This document shows, in pieces, positions 36,701-51,700 of a DNA stretch of 64,000 nt. The translations under genes were made by a program, and so were the position numbers. The notes below the pieces were generated by a model, which saw nothing but the letters and a program-made list of their open reading frames with translations, did not search any database and had not been told where the DNA came from. The stretch spans positions 1-64,000 of the forward strand of contig NW_026782435.1 of assembly GCF_031769215.1 (NCBI RefSeq). Direction: 5' to 3'. Origin of the DNA: Ylistrum balloti (taxonomy: Eukaryota). Every line of letters starts with the position of its first letter. The stretch's first letter is position 1.

Positions 36701-39700
36701 CTGCACATTTTTTTGCTCTCTCTCCAATGCAGCACTTACCTTGAATTATTAACAGCTTTGGCTCTGTCAGCTATTTCTCGGCTACTTGTTCAATACCCAC
36801 TGTCATATAGATTTAGTTTCATTTGTTCTTCGCCCATACCTTTACCTGTATTCGTCGACTTTGTTTCCCGTTTTAAACATTGTTCATCAATGCCATATTA
36901 CCCGTATATTTATATGCAGAAAAACAAAATGAAAAAAAAAATAATAAGGAAAGCCGACATAACCATATATACATTTCAATATATACCTGTATTGTCACAG
37001 CTGGAGTCCGAGCTACACATTTTTGGAAGCGTGTCCTTGGGTTGGTGTCCTTTTGGCCATGAAACACTCATGTACGATGTAAATATCCCATTTTTCACCA
37101 ACGCCACTGTTTCGTACTTTTGATTTTGATAATGGTATATCCCAAACTCCCGCATTGCCTGGCCCTTACTCAGTATCTTAAAATATCCTGATTTTCCTGT
37201 ATAAAAGCCGTTCAGTAACATGACAATGTATGGCTATACAACAGAAAGACATAACGTTTTATGCCATGTTAAATGATGCAAAGGCTTTTTGTTATATATA
37301 ACTGTCTGTCTTTATTTTCTGTTACACATTTTAGCAATTGATTACATCACTAGTATTGTATAAAAATACATAGATTATTATCTTTAATCCATTTGCTACA
37401 TGTTTATGTATCTTAACAGGTCATACGTATTTCATAACTCACCAACGTAACTGGACATTCTTTTGATGTCGTTAACAATATCTAGACCAGTCGCGTTAGC
37501 CTTCGCCTGCCTAGTGGTATTGTAATACGTAGCAAACATCACAGTAGCGTCATATAGATACAGCACAAAGTCATCAATCTGAGACGGAATATCGGGCGAA
37601 TTAAAACAAGTCATACAAGGCAGAGTAATATATAATCTTATATGTCATATATTAGAATTGGCTGTTCATGTCTTTATCGGATTACTGATTTCCAACGCAT
37701 CATTACTGGATTTATGCTATAAATTACATGAAATAATGTAGTTTTATGAACTAGATTAACAAGATGCATAATATATGAAAACCGATCTCGAAAACATGAA
37801 TCACACCCAGATACACTAGAATATTGACAAACATCCACGAGGGCCCCGTATTTTGTCAGACACTATGCCTACTAACTTAATAAGCATTTACTCGCGTACA
37901 AGTGTATTGAAAATGAAGTAAAAAATCAACCAGACACTTCATAGGAATCATACAAATACTGCTGTATACGTACCGTATGATTTAACGTTGATCCGAATCT
38001 GTTAACTTCCGACGGTTTAATCATGGTTTGTGGACCGAAGTGGAGAACTGACTCCATGATCTGCTCCATACGCTCCTTGTTTGTGCCGTTATTTACAGGC
38101 AGATGGTTGATTAGAGGGTTAAACTTACAGTATATAAACATGTAATCCCCGCTAGCCATACCCTTCTTCTGAGCCACGAGTAGGACATCCAGTAGATACT
38201 CACTCGGTAAACACAAGATAATAACTGTAATAGCAAGGAGTGTACTATAGACAAAAAAGTCAAGAAGAACCCACAAATATATATATAATGTTTTAACTTA
38301 TTCGATACTAAATATTATGATATATATTGAGCTTTGAAGCCGTGACCTCATTGTCTGAGTTTTGACCTTTATTTAGACACCTCCTTGGGTTCCACAATTT
38401 TTGCACATAGCATCCGTGGCGTTAGCTAAAGGACGAGACAGCTGTATGATGTAGTTTAACTTATTAGCTGACTCTCATTTTCTCATTCTAAATTTGTTTT
38501 GAAAAGTGTTGTCATTTGCGTGTCTTTTGTAAAATCTTTTCAAAAGTCAATATGAAAACAAATCGAGAGCTGAGGAATCATCACAGCAAAATTAAGATAG
38601 CAGAAAGTGTGTTTACATTGCTCATATTGTTGTACATGTATCTTTCTCAATTGATTCTAGTAATTAATATAATTGAGGATTTAATATACCGATACACCAC
38701 AAAGTTTTAGGGTGTGACACTAGAATGGTTTGGTTATCATGCTCATGAATTGTTCCATTAGATAACTTTGTTACATCTGTTTACCAGTTTTATCTTTCCT
38801 GTGATGTATATTGGCATATCTATATTTAGAACAATACTCAGCTGCTTCAAAATCAGCAACTATGTATGTAAGTTTACTCACTGCTTAGATACAGGTGTTC
38901 ATACCATACAATGTTTCGCTTCACCAAAACTTTATTGAAGGGAAAATCACGTGACTTACTGGCTACTTGGTCTTTGACATTGCTGATGGCCTTATCCACT
39001 TCCGGTTGGGTGAAATTGTCTAACTTTTCCACCCGATGGATGAGGATGTCATTGTCCGGAAATCCGGTGGAGATGTAATGGGATATTTTCTCACATATCT
39101 CATTTCCGAAGTATATCACGCCTACACGGAAATAATACCGACAAGATAAATTAGTCACAGTCCAAACCCAAACGATGAAAAGAGATGAACAAAAATGATT
39201 TTTTTAAATCCTCAAGAAAGCAAATGAAAAAGTCATGAGTCTAGGTGCTCTGGAAGAATGAACGGCTTCTTCGTCTTGCTCAACCCCGGCAACTAATGTT
39301 TCGTTCTCAAATAAAAATAAATACAACGAAACGATCAGCATCTTAACGAGCATCAGTTCAATCTTATATCAATTTTAATGGACAAGACCGAAAAAGTTCA
39401 CTGAATGAAATAAAAGTTAGAATATATAAAACGATACATTACTCGTAACCAACATTTGAAACTAACACAAGCGACTTAAACATAAGAAGACAAACTCTTT
39501 TGATCCTTTTATAAGATAAATGTATTCTCTCCTCAACAATATATACATATATGTATAGAGACAACTATATTGATTTCAATATTCCAAGATAATAATATAT
39601 CAGGGAAGTGTTGTAATATCATAATCATATGACTGTGTTATATTAGCATAATAGGTACGCAGACAAACACAAATCAATTGCGCATATCCTATAGATGCAT

Positions 39701-42700
39701 TCCAATTAAAAAGAAGTAAATTTTTTTTCGTGTTTAAAGAATACGGACAATTTCTGATTTCACAGCAATTTGAGATACTCGAGTTTGCTACGGTATCCAC
39801 AAGTATTGTAATCCGTCTATTGAGATAAGCGGAGCGAGCAAAGTTTATCGCACATGTCCGGATATGGGAGAAACTTCCATCTCCCCCAGACATTTCTGAG
39901 GACCACCACTGTGGAATGCATAAAAATCTTTATCTCAACACATGAAGTGTATAAACCTCGTTTCTATTTCAGATGTTTACTGTCTAGTATTTAACGTTGA
40001 GAAACATTATTTTTGTGCATTCAAATTATACGGTATTTACAGTAAAACTAAAAAAATAAAATACTGTCAGCGGCGATATGTTGCGGTCATATTATCTTAT
40101 CGTTCACAAAGTAATGCATTTTAATACATCATTGCGCAAATTGTAGTTTCTGCATTGCGTTTATTTAACAATTATTACGGCTGCTTAATGTCGTCATTGC
40201 ACCACTTCATCAAAAATTCTTGAAGCGCTAAAATGTTATTATGCTGACATAAGTACATTTAGAGCAAGCATTTTCTTAATGTGATCCATTTTGCCTATAC
40301 CTTACAAAAACAATTTGTTGTATTAAACTGTTCTCAATTTCTATTTTTCTTTCCATATCCTTATGTACGATACAAGAATATGAACCTGCAAGAAAGCACG
40401 TGTGAGGGATATGAAAAATGTACTATCAGAGTTCCAGTATCCTTGGTAGATACGTATACTGTACAGAAATTTAAAGTCATATCATGGTAATGGGTTGAAT
40501 ATCAGAAAGTATATCTTAATGTTTCCTATTACCTATATTTTTCCAAGAGTATTGTAACAAAACTCTTGCGAGCGACTGTGTGAAATTCTGGTATGTTCCA
40601 AATGTAGAGATGAGTGTCGTTATTTCGTGGGACTGGAAGTACTCCTCTCCAACTGGAGTCCATGTTATAATGGGAATTCCCCAGGCAGACACCAACAGAG
40701 ACACAACATGGATAGCTGAAAAACAGATGGAAATACATGAAGTCTCAATGTTAAAGTGTTAATGTATTTCTGTAAGTGATAAGAAAATATCGAGTAACCA
40801 CCAATTCAACAAAATTATAATTCAAATTCAACATCGATGAAATGATGAAAAAGATAAGATATATGGAGACCTTTGTGAGGACATGTGAACTAAGACCAAA
40901 TTTTCATGTAGGGTAAACTGTCTCATCGCAAGCACTGTCATTGAAATCTGGGTCAAGGGTCGCAATGCTACGTTCTCAAAGCTATATTACCGCGAGATGT
41001 GTTTCAAACAATTTAATTAAGATAAAATCATATTGTTTATCAATATCCATCGTAACCTGAGATATAAAACCAATAAGCAACATTATTTATACTGTAAGGT
41101 TAAGAGACTATGCAGATATCTATATACCATGTTGAATTTTTAAAGATCTTAAAATGTAGACATTATAATATTGTCTATTAATGCTAAAAAATATAACACG
41201 TGACCAAAATAACACAAGCAATATTAATAACGAACGCCCATCTCATGTTTCATGTTTATAAACAGAAAATCAATGATACATTCCAAGACAATTCAATCAC
41301 TAGTAATATGATAATAAAGTTGTTATTTACACGGCGAGTTTCTTCTTCCGTCCTTGACACATAAGTACATTTACATGTTTACTTAACATTGGTATATCAT
41401 TGTATCTGCATAATGTGGTATTGAAAAATGAATTAAACCAATCTACATAAATATCACGGTAACTAGCCGACTACTCTCTATCTCAATACCGTTATTACAT
41501 AAAGGTGTTAATTGTGTTGATTTCGTGGCAAACGTTCGTGTTCTAGTGAGTAATTAATTGGTCCGAATTATACAATAAACCGTGACAAAGGGAGCGACCT
41601 ACGACCATGTGCTTGTGTTGTCACCGTACTTAATCAGACCGGGTACACAGACTGCCAATGATAAGATTGTAAACGATTGTGTTTACATTCAATCTCTACG
41701 TCTTTAACAACCTAAACACACACGTAGATAACATGCCCGTTTGTGTAACACGAAACTAATCATCAATCACTGAGACCAATCAATTCTCTTTGTCTATTGT
41801 ATATACAGAGTTTAACTTTTCTTCGATCAGCCTTTAGAAGTTAAATTAATTGTGATATAAGTGTTTGGGGCCATCGGTTCATCATAATATATAGTCATTA
41901 TTTATAAGTGGGTACACGATTTGTGAATCGACAGCTTACCTGCCCTCACATCTCTACGCGACACCTAGGTTCGGAAGTCTGTTTCTGCAGTGTTTCTAGA
42001 TCTAACTATGTTTACATGTATATGTAACAAGCATATCAATGCCTAGCAGATTAAATTACTTATTTCTGATGCCAGGATGTAACTCTCTAATATAATTATC
42101 AATAAAGTTGGTAGGCATACAATTCATTCCTGAGAGGAATATTTTAACGTCTGATGACTACTACTGGGTTTGGTAAAACAGAGATAGACAACTTACATCC
42201 AACGGAGACTGATACAAAGAACAATACTAAGAGAAAATAATGAAACATTGTGTATTATCAGTGGAACCGTTAGAAAAAAACGAAATGCAATATAGAAACA
42301 CACTAAACCATGAATTAGGAAGAGGGTAAACGTGTTGTGAATTATAATCTTCACGATAAGGAGATTTGCTGGCTTTCTGTGACAAAACGAGCACATGCAT
42401 TACAGACTATGGAGGTAGACATATTGGTTAAGTTGCGCAAGGATAATTATCAAAATAAAAACTAGTAGTTGATATTGTAGACCTTCATTGAATCTCTCTG
42501 TATACACGTTTATCATATAAACTTATCTACACAAATTTATCATATCTCAATATATATTTTATAAATTTGTCATTCATACATACATATATTTGTCATATAT
42601 ACATATGTATATAAAAGTATCATCTATACATATATACATTAGTTTATCATACATACGTTTATCTTATCAACCTATGTAAAGTAGTCTATCATATTAGTGT

Positions 42701-45700
42701 GTTTACAAGTTGATTAAAACAATAAAAATAGATAATATTTTGCATCATTACGAAAGTCTAGAGTTAGCTGAAGCACTATAATATTGTCTATAACTTAGTT
42801 TTCTTGTGTGACTTTTCCCCTAAGATTTACCAAACATCGGTTATAGANNNNNNNNNNNNNNNNNNNNNNNNNNNNNNNNNNNNNNNNNNNNNNNNNNNNN
42901 NNNNNNNNNNNNNNNNNNNNNNNNNNNNNNNNNNNNNNNNNNNNNNNNNNNNNNNNNNNNNNNNNNNNNNNNNNNNNNNNNNNNNNNNNNNNNNNNNNNN
43001 NNNNNNNNNNNNNNNNNNNNNNNNNNNNNNNNNNNNNNNNNNNNNNNNNNNNNNNNNNNNNNNNNNNNNNNNNNNNNNNNNNNNNNNNNNNNNNNNNNNN
43101 NNNNNNNNNNNNNNNNNNNNNNNNNNNNNNNNNNNNNNNNNNNNNNNNNNCACTAGGACCTTATTCTGTCTAAACGTAACCGAAATTAAAATCAACGAAT
43201 GCACATGCGTTGTCAGAAATCGTATTTATCTTTACTACGTGATTAATTGAAATAGGTGTTCAGGAGTCCTTCTAGTGCGTCTCGTTCTGGGACGTTTTTG
43301 GTAGAACGCCATCACTGTTACATTCTATACTCATACTCTTGTTTAATAATGCAAAACAAAAGATATTCAAATATAGCTTGTTATTCAATTTGCATCGATT
43401 CTACTTTGATATAAAACCGAGACAAACAATAATTTTAGTGAGAATGATAATTGTAAATCGTAAACAACACAACGTGTATAAACATTATGTTTATTGAATG
43501 AGCTAGTGTAGGGATATTGCAATAAACTAAATATGAGTTACGATATTTTCAAAAACTATAAAACACCAAACAATGGTTCCTAGTGACGCAGTAAAGCCCT
43601 CTATCAGACTTGCCTGTAGCGTCTGTATCATACACAAACGCCTCATTGTCGTTTTACACAGAATCAAATAAAAACCTATTACATTATACGGTGGTCATAT
43701 CTCCGAGTCCACTCATACATGTACTACATATATTATCAAATCCACTTGGTGTTGTTCACTTGGACGCCTGCATGTGTATAGTCCTTTATAAAACCATGTG
43801 CCTTTTGTTCACTCGACTGATGTTTACTTGTTATGTTAGTTTTGTCGACCGTTGCAATGTATCTTACACTCCTTTGCATATCTGCGGAGTGTCCGTGTAT
43901 TTTTTTGATATATTTCAATAGATAATTGACATTAACCTGTTATGAATAGTGATTGCTTGAAAGCTTCTGCAATAGACACACAAACCGACTAGCACATTTC
44001 AATACAAAGTATTAGATATCAATGTACCAAATAATGAATAAAAATGCGACATACAGCTGTTTCGTCCTTCTAGAACTCGACAATAATGCTAGGAGATTAA
44101 ATATTAAAACCTAGGAGTTGGCCGAGAAAAATCCATATTTGCCGAAATAAATGCCAAAAAGTAGCTGAGCAGGTGCACTAACCGCAAAATTCAATAAATG
44201 TAATGATTTTCAATATCGAATTGTTTCAAACGAACGCCAACTCCATCTTGTATATGAGTTTATAGATCAAAACATGCCTTGTTGGTTACAAAAAACCTCC
44301 GGTGCTAAAAGTTCACCAGTATTGTCTACCACCTGCAATCTCAAACAGTGTACAAATTAATAAATTGTCAAGTGAATTGCACTTGTCAACAGACATACAG
44401 ATTAAGACATCCTAAGTAGGGCCAAATGACGGATTAAACTACGTTATACACTAATTATCTTATAGCAGTACTTCCATTAGCTTTCTAAATTCAAACACTA
44501 CGTTCCTATAACAACCACAATGTAAAATATAATGGTTTTATAAGTGATGTGTAGTATTATTGATTTAAACATAATCATTTAAACTTCAGCTTTTACGACT
44601 ACTGGGCGTAAAAACAACCGAAATCATCACCCACACTTCAGTAGTATCTTAATTCAAACTCAAACTTGGTAACCGATTATTATCAGCAGAAAGATTTAAA
44701 TAGATACCACTGAAAAAATGCAAGGAGAATAAGACCAGGTGTTCCGGAAGAGTAAGCACATTCTGCTTTCTGACGACAAAATGTATCTAAATATTGATCA
44801 ATCCTAGTAAGTAATGTCAGGTTCTCAAATAATGAAAAGGTTTACATTACGAACCAATAAGGATTATTGTTTTTTTGTTTATTGTCTTTTTCGCCCCTTA
44901 GATCGTTATATATGAGAATAGAAAAAAATGGTTTATATGAGAAAATAATAAAGATAAACTTATTATGAATATTCCACACGTCGTCACTGTAGTGATGTTT
45001 TATCGGCTAATCTGTGTGTTCTACCGTATCACGTCGCTTGCGTAAATTAATAGTATAGTATACATAATGTGCTATACAAGTTTAAACATTGTGTAACTTG
45101 ATGCATCATATATACACTTGTAATTGAAATACTTTACTCGTGGATTTTTCCACGTTTTACACTAGTGTAATTTGGCCTATTATGACGTCAGTAAATAATA
45201 AGAATCAAAACATAAAGATAAACTGACGTCACACATTCGCAGATAATGTGTGACGTTACAATACAGACCATCGATTTTTTCAAGAATGACCCGGAAACTG
45301 TGTTTTCTGTGATATTTACACGTAGATCAATTGTTCACGTGAAAAAATCTTGAAATTTGGTTCCATTTCGTATGCAATTTATGACACCCGTCTTTTTTTA
45401 TTTCAGCTTAAGCCTCCAAAATATTGTTAAGACTCATTTCATAAGTTGCACACGACATAGAAACTCCAGATTCTAAATGTATCTTTATTACATACAAATA
45501 TTATTTTCTTTATATCTTAACAAACAGAATAATGTATTACAATAGCACGGCTGTAATCATTCCTTACACTTAAAAATTTGCACGATAACTCAATTCTACG
45601 GAGAATTGTAATGTTGTGTTTATTTTATGCTTCTTGTCGTATAAACTTCACCTCCAAAACAACGGGTTTCCATATCACGAACGCTCTCGCGCGCTATCTC

Positions 45701-48700
45701 ATACAACTATCTCTAAAAACGTTAAAACAACCATGATGAAATGTAGTTGTACAGGATTTGAAATTCAATCTTTATATTTGACAATTGAATGTTTATATCT
45801 ATCTTTCACACACAGTGATTGTGTGATTAATTTGCTATGTAGTAAATCCCTACTGTTTACAGTTACAATACCACTCAAGGACAAGATAATATGGCCAATC
45901 TGTCGTCAAACTGACGACTGCTTTGCTCTTCAGTGACACTTCAAACTCTCGTTTGCCACACAACTCACTACTCCTAGTGTTCCACTATACTTGTACAATC
46001 ACGCCCTACTCGTTGTTGATACAATTTCAATAGGTGTAAACAATGTGTCCTTCCTACGACACACCTTAATCTACTTTATATCGTGTAGGTGTTTATCTTA
46101 CGTTGATAACGGCCGATAGCCTGAACATGCTGTAAGTCCATAATATGTACTAACTTCATTGTCTTTCAATCTGGTGTCCACGACTGTTTATTTTTGTCAG
46201 ACGACCTATAACAATTACGCACCAACTCAAGGTAATGTCCCATTAAAAAACAAACAAACAAAACAAAAACAAAAAACAAAACAAACAAGAAAAGAACCTT
46301 TTTCATTTCGTCCACTGTACAAAAACAGCTTTATGTCTGTTTAGTTTATCTCATCAAACTTTTTCATTTCAAGTTTTGCTGTTCTTTGAATAAAATGATT
46401 GTGACAAATGATACCTGTCTGCTTATTAGGGACAACCTTTTGTCCTACGACAGTGACGCCACATGAATGATTGTATAGTATCAACATATTAATCTTTGTC
46501 CTCTTGGAAACACGTCGCTAATATAAACAAAAATGATTGTATTTTTTGCCAATATTCATCTAATATCACCCGACCATACTGTATTTGTATATAAGTTTAT
46601 GTCCAGTTTATATCTTCCATATCATTTTCAATTTTCTCAGTTCTGTCCCGTTCAGGCGATGAGGATGTATGGAGACACAAATCCCTTATTATGAATACAT
46701 ATATAATGATGCCATTGTGTACAGATACAGATACAGTATACAGATACTTTCACGCACTACCCTAATAGAGATACTGATTTGGTCCTCAGATATTTAGTAA
46801 CGGGTATATATATATATATATATGTTTGACTATGAAGATGTGTGGTTCTCTGTTATCACAGAGGGTATATAATGGGTTTTCTTTGACTATAATGCATTTA
46901 AGGGACTAAATGGTTAGATTACTTTAATTTTCCCATGCGTTTAATTTCGGGTAAGTAATGTAATACTTGAAATTAGACTTTGTCACAAAAAATAACACCT
47001 TTTGAGAAAAACATTATAAAGATTATCAGCTTCAAACTAATGGTAGTCGACACTCGGTGTTATGTCTATCGCCATTCGCTGTTTTTATCGGAGAGAGCCG
47101 AGTTTATCACGTGACCTTTCGGAACTTCGTTTTGACTTACCGCATCAAATGATTATGCAAACTTTTGAATACTAAAATTAGCAGAAAGTGCGAAGCTTTT
47201 AAGAGATTTTTAAATGTTATAATGGTTTTAATCTGTTATGAAATGAAAATTAAACCATGCAGTCCCTTTTAACAAGCGTGATAATGTATTGATATTTCTC
47301 ACCAAGGTGGAGCAGCACGATTTAGATGTATACAGATGTATACGGTATTTTCTGACATACGAATGAAACATATGTGATATTCAACGGGAAATCATTGAAT
47401 TATCTTTATTATATTTTCAAAATGGTATAGTGAGAAGAAAATATCTTGGTTTTCAATAACGCGAAAATCAGTAGTGAAATCTTAGCGGTATTCCTGCCCT
47501 TGATGTCATGCCAGCACCCTGTTGAGCGGGTTGTTCTAAGCAATCTACTATTGTTAACTATCCGAACAGAGTTGATCTGTTGTGTATACACAGCTATGAG
47601 GCAATGTAAGCTAACCACTTATCCGACTTTCGGTTTCTGGCTGAAAGCATCGATATGATTGGTCAATAAAAAAATAATATCATCAACGTATCACCCTGAT
47701 GGTATATGTAGTAGTGATTTTTTAGAGATGTCGTACATCACTATTGTATTGATTTATACTTCTTACTCCAAAAGTGATATATGTTTAACGTTATCTGTCA
47801 CATGATCCACCAGAAGTAGAGTTAAGGACGGACGCTACTTTACCAGACATACCAATTCAATTAGACGACATTTCTGACATTCTTAAATCATTACATACTT
47901 ATAAAGCGGTAGGCAGTGATACACTTAGATTATATTAAAAAATACCGCAGAATCTATAGCTATGTATTGTCGTTAATATTTAGAGCTTCCTTGGAAACTG
48001 GTGTCTTTCCGTCACATTGGAAATTAGCTCTAGTAATGCCGTTATTTAAAAAAGGGGATACGCGTGAATATTGTGACTACAGACCTTCAGCGCTACGTGA
48101 AATTAGACGTAGTGTTACTTATTCAGTTTTTAAAAATTTTATTCGAACCCCCGTACTAGTTACTTATTATTTGATTAGTACACGGCAAGCTAATATACTG
48201 CATAATTCTAGTACTTTTTTAAACAATGACCTTTTCGGATCTAATTTAATAGACAACCGTCACTGCCATACAGACATCCTCTTGACAACACCTGCCACTA
48301 CTTCTTCATTTGTAATAATTATGCGGACCAGAGAATAATTCTATACCGAAACCTAAATTAATCAAAATAAAAGAGAATGTTAAATGAAATGTCTCTGCTT
48401 ACTCTGGCAAACTAGGAGCGAGAATAACATGAAGGACCCGGAAGACGGGGCCTCTCTCTCTCTCTCTCTCTCTCTCTCCCCCTCTCTCTCCCTCCCCCAC
48501 CCCTCTCTCTCCGTTTAATTTTGTATTTAAACATGATGTCGTTTTATCTTCGCATTATGTATTTTGTCAAACTTTACGGGGAAAGGGCTTGATATAAGAT
48601 GGAAAACTTGGGCCCAATCCCATTTTAATTGTTACAATAAAATATGTTTAAGTGAAACGTGATTCACCTGTTTTCCAGTCCATGTCACTAGTGTATATCC

Positions 48701-51700
48701 TGGGGTGATTGCTATCGGCGGTTTTACATAACATCAGTTATTATCATTTTTATCATGTAGCTTCGATTTTTTTCTATCTTTTCTATTGTAACATCGTCTA
48801 CAAATCAACCTAATAAAGCTTGAAGGAGACATAGAACGAATACATCAGTTTTCAGGAGGATTGGAACGATAGCGTTTTCACCATCTCCCAAGACTATCAA
48901 GTAGCTAAGATATTGACGTTATTTTCAGAAATAAACATCTAAAAGAGGAAAAGACGAACGTGACCTATTGTTCAGTGCTGTAAGAAATGTCAGTATTTTG
49001 GGCTCATAATGGTTAGGGTCGCGACAAATCAAACGTTTGAAGCCGGTCTGTACGATAAAGTTATAACAGGAATTCAAAACCAGAGTGTCAGCTCCATGAT
49101 TACCTCTTCTGTGGTATAATAACAGTCCTGGTTAACCAATATTGTCAGTATATTAAGGACACTCTTACCGGTAATATCAGACGCAGTTTATATTTTATCT
49201 ATTCTATTTCTCATTATAAATAGTCGAGTGTTGGAAGTTGGGAACAGGGGCATCGACCTTAAAAACCTTCAATAATTTGTATTTTATTTTTGCTATTTCT
49301 GATTATAAATAGTCGAGTGCTGGAGATTTAGAAAAGGGTCCAAGACCTTAAAAACCTCAAATAGTTTGCATTTTATCTTTGTTAAGAAATTCTATGGAGG
49401 TGTCGCAACAAAGATGTATATAACATTTTGGTTAAGTAACGAAATTGCACCGATAAACCGCGATGTATCGCCCTTGTTAAACAATACAAACGGGACTTGG
49501 ACATGTAGTCGGAGTCGCGTAAAGTCTAACACGGCGTAATTTTACAAATTAGTTTGTGCAAGGAATAACTTGTTCTGGGAATGTGTGTAAAATGTTTGAC
49601 GCCATGTGGATACAACAGGAACTTCTCTCAGAAAGCAACATACAATCAAGGAGAAACTTTTCTCACATTATCGACGCGAAATCCAAAATTCACAAAAATT
49701 TCTCTTATGTGACGTCACAATTTTGCTGACGTTTTGGTATCATTTCAGGTGTACAAATGTTTAAATAATTCTATGTAATTCCATGTTATGAATATTGTAC
49801 ATACGACATATAGGTGTATATCACATTTAACATACTATAACGTACTTTTCATTTCCAGTGACACGGTTCAGAATATTCACATGTACTTAACGTTATTTTA
49901 ACTTTTTGACATTTGATTCGACAAATTCGGATCTATATTAGTCACCGCCAAAGTTATGTGATGCAGTTAACTTCATTATTGGTCTTTACTGTATCTAATT
50001 AATGTATTGCAAGGCGCTACTTGTACGTCTTTTGTATAAGTAAAAATGTAATGAACACACGCATACGATGAACAGGTACCCCGCTAGATCACAACTTTAA
50101 GAAGTTACAGCTATGATACGACACCAAAGGAGCAATATGGTAACTCAAATTCAGAACTAGCAAACACGTCTAGTTGATATGATCTCGATGAATTTCTCAG
50201 TCATGGCTCTCTAAATTTACCCATGTCTCAAAGGTACAACTCCCCAAAAAACACGAAAATACCAACAAATCAACATATTCATAATCAAAACTCGAATACC
50301 ATAATTCTAGGGCAAAATATGAACAAAATAAAGATTTAAACGGAGACTCCTGAAAAGGTACAAGGAAAATAAGACCAGGTCTTCCGGAGGAGTAAACGTC
50401 TTCCGCTTCATCGACACCCGCCATATAAACCTTTGCCAATCCAAGTACGTAATATCACGTTCTCAAATGAGAGCAAGATATACAACAACAGAACCAACAG
50501 GCAAAATAACGATCACCAAAACTTTGAGTGTTCAAACCAAATTACTACACATCTTCCATAAAATATTGGGAAAATGTAATATGAGTCAAGTATGATACAC
50601 ATCAAACACATTATTGAACCTGAATGACATGTTCCATTAACAAACCATGTAAGATATAAGGTAAAGGTGTATTGATATCATACAGTGAAGTTAAACCAAC
50701 AACGGGAAATTAAACCCAAAATACCTCCAAGGAAACTGTCGTTATTTATTGTAAGAACAAAACGTATCATAATTACATAAAGTTGCATAACGTGCTCTTT
50801 TGAAATGTCATGGCCGCTGGTAATGTGATTAATGATAACATATAGATAACTCTATTTACACGTGCTGTCATATTGGTTTTTTATGGGGTACTGAACTATG
50901 GTGTGTAGTGCTATGGTAATACACACTGAAAAAAATAGTCTCTCCACGAGTATATGGTACTGAACTATGGTGTGTAGTGCTATGGTAATACACACTGAAA
51001 AAAATAGTCCCTCCACGAGTATATGGTACTGAACTATGGTGTGTAGTGCTATGGTAATACACACTGAAAAAATAGTCCCTCCACGAGTATATGGTACTGA
51101 ACTATGGTGTGTAGTGCTATGGTAATACACACTGAAAAAATAGTCCCTCCACGAGTATATGGTACTGAACTATGGTGTGTGGTGCTATGGTAATACACAC
51201 TGAAAAAAATAGTCCCTCCACGAGTATATGGTACTGAACTATGGTGTGTGGTGCTATGGTAATACACACTGAAAAAAATAGTCCCTCCACGAGTATATGG
51301 TACTGAACTATGGTGTGTGGTGCTATGGTAATACACACTGAAGAAAGATAGCCTCTCCGCGAGTATATGGTACTGATCTATGATGTTTAGAGATTTCGTA
51401 ATGCACATTGTAAAGAATAGCCTCTCCACTTGTATATAGTACTAAAGTATCTAGAGATCTGGTCGTATACATTGTAAAAACAGCTTCTCAACATGTATAA
51501 TGATAAGCATTTCCTTGCACATGTTCTCCATTCTTAATTCATTCACATAATTTTCAAAATCGAAGGTAGAAAATTGCTTCACATTAGATCAGACAATAGC
51601 CCCAAAATATTAGAAATAAAAAATGTAGACATTGTTATTTTATAATGAACAGCACCTACATCCGACTCTTCTGCTCTAAATAATGATATCTATTGTTGGT

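Noticed and set aside
42804-43250. ORFs spanning X residues
   Set aside because: Artefacts of the N gap.
50852-51429. Repetitive ORFs and a CRISPR-like appearance of the 68-bp array (also considered for the 20-, 39- and 45-bp arrays)
   Set aside because: No unique spacers, no cas genes, and a eukaryotic spliced-gene context.
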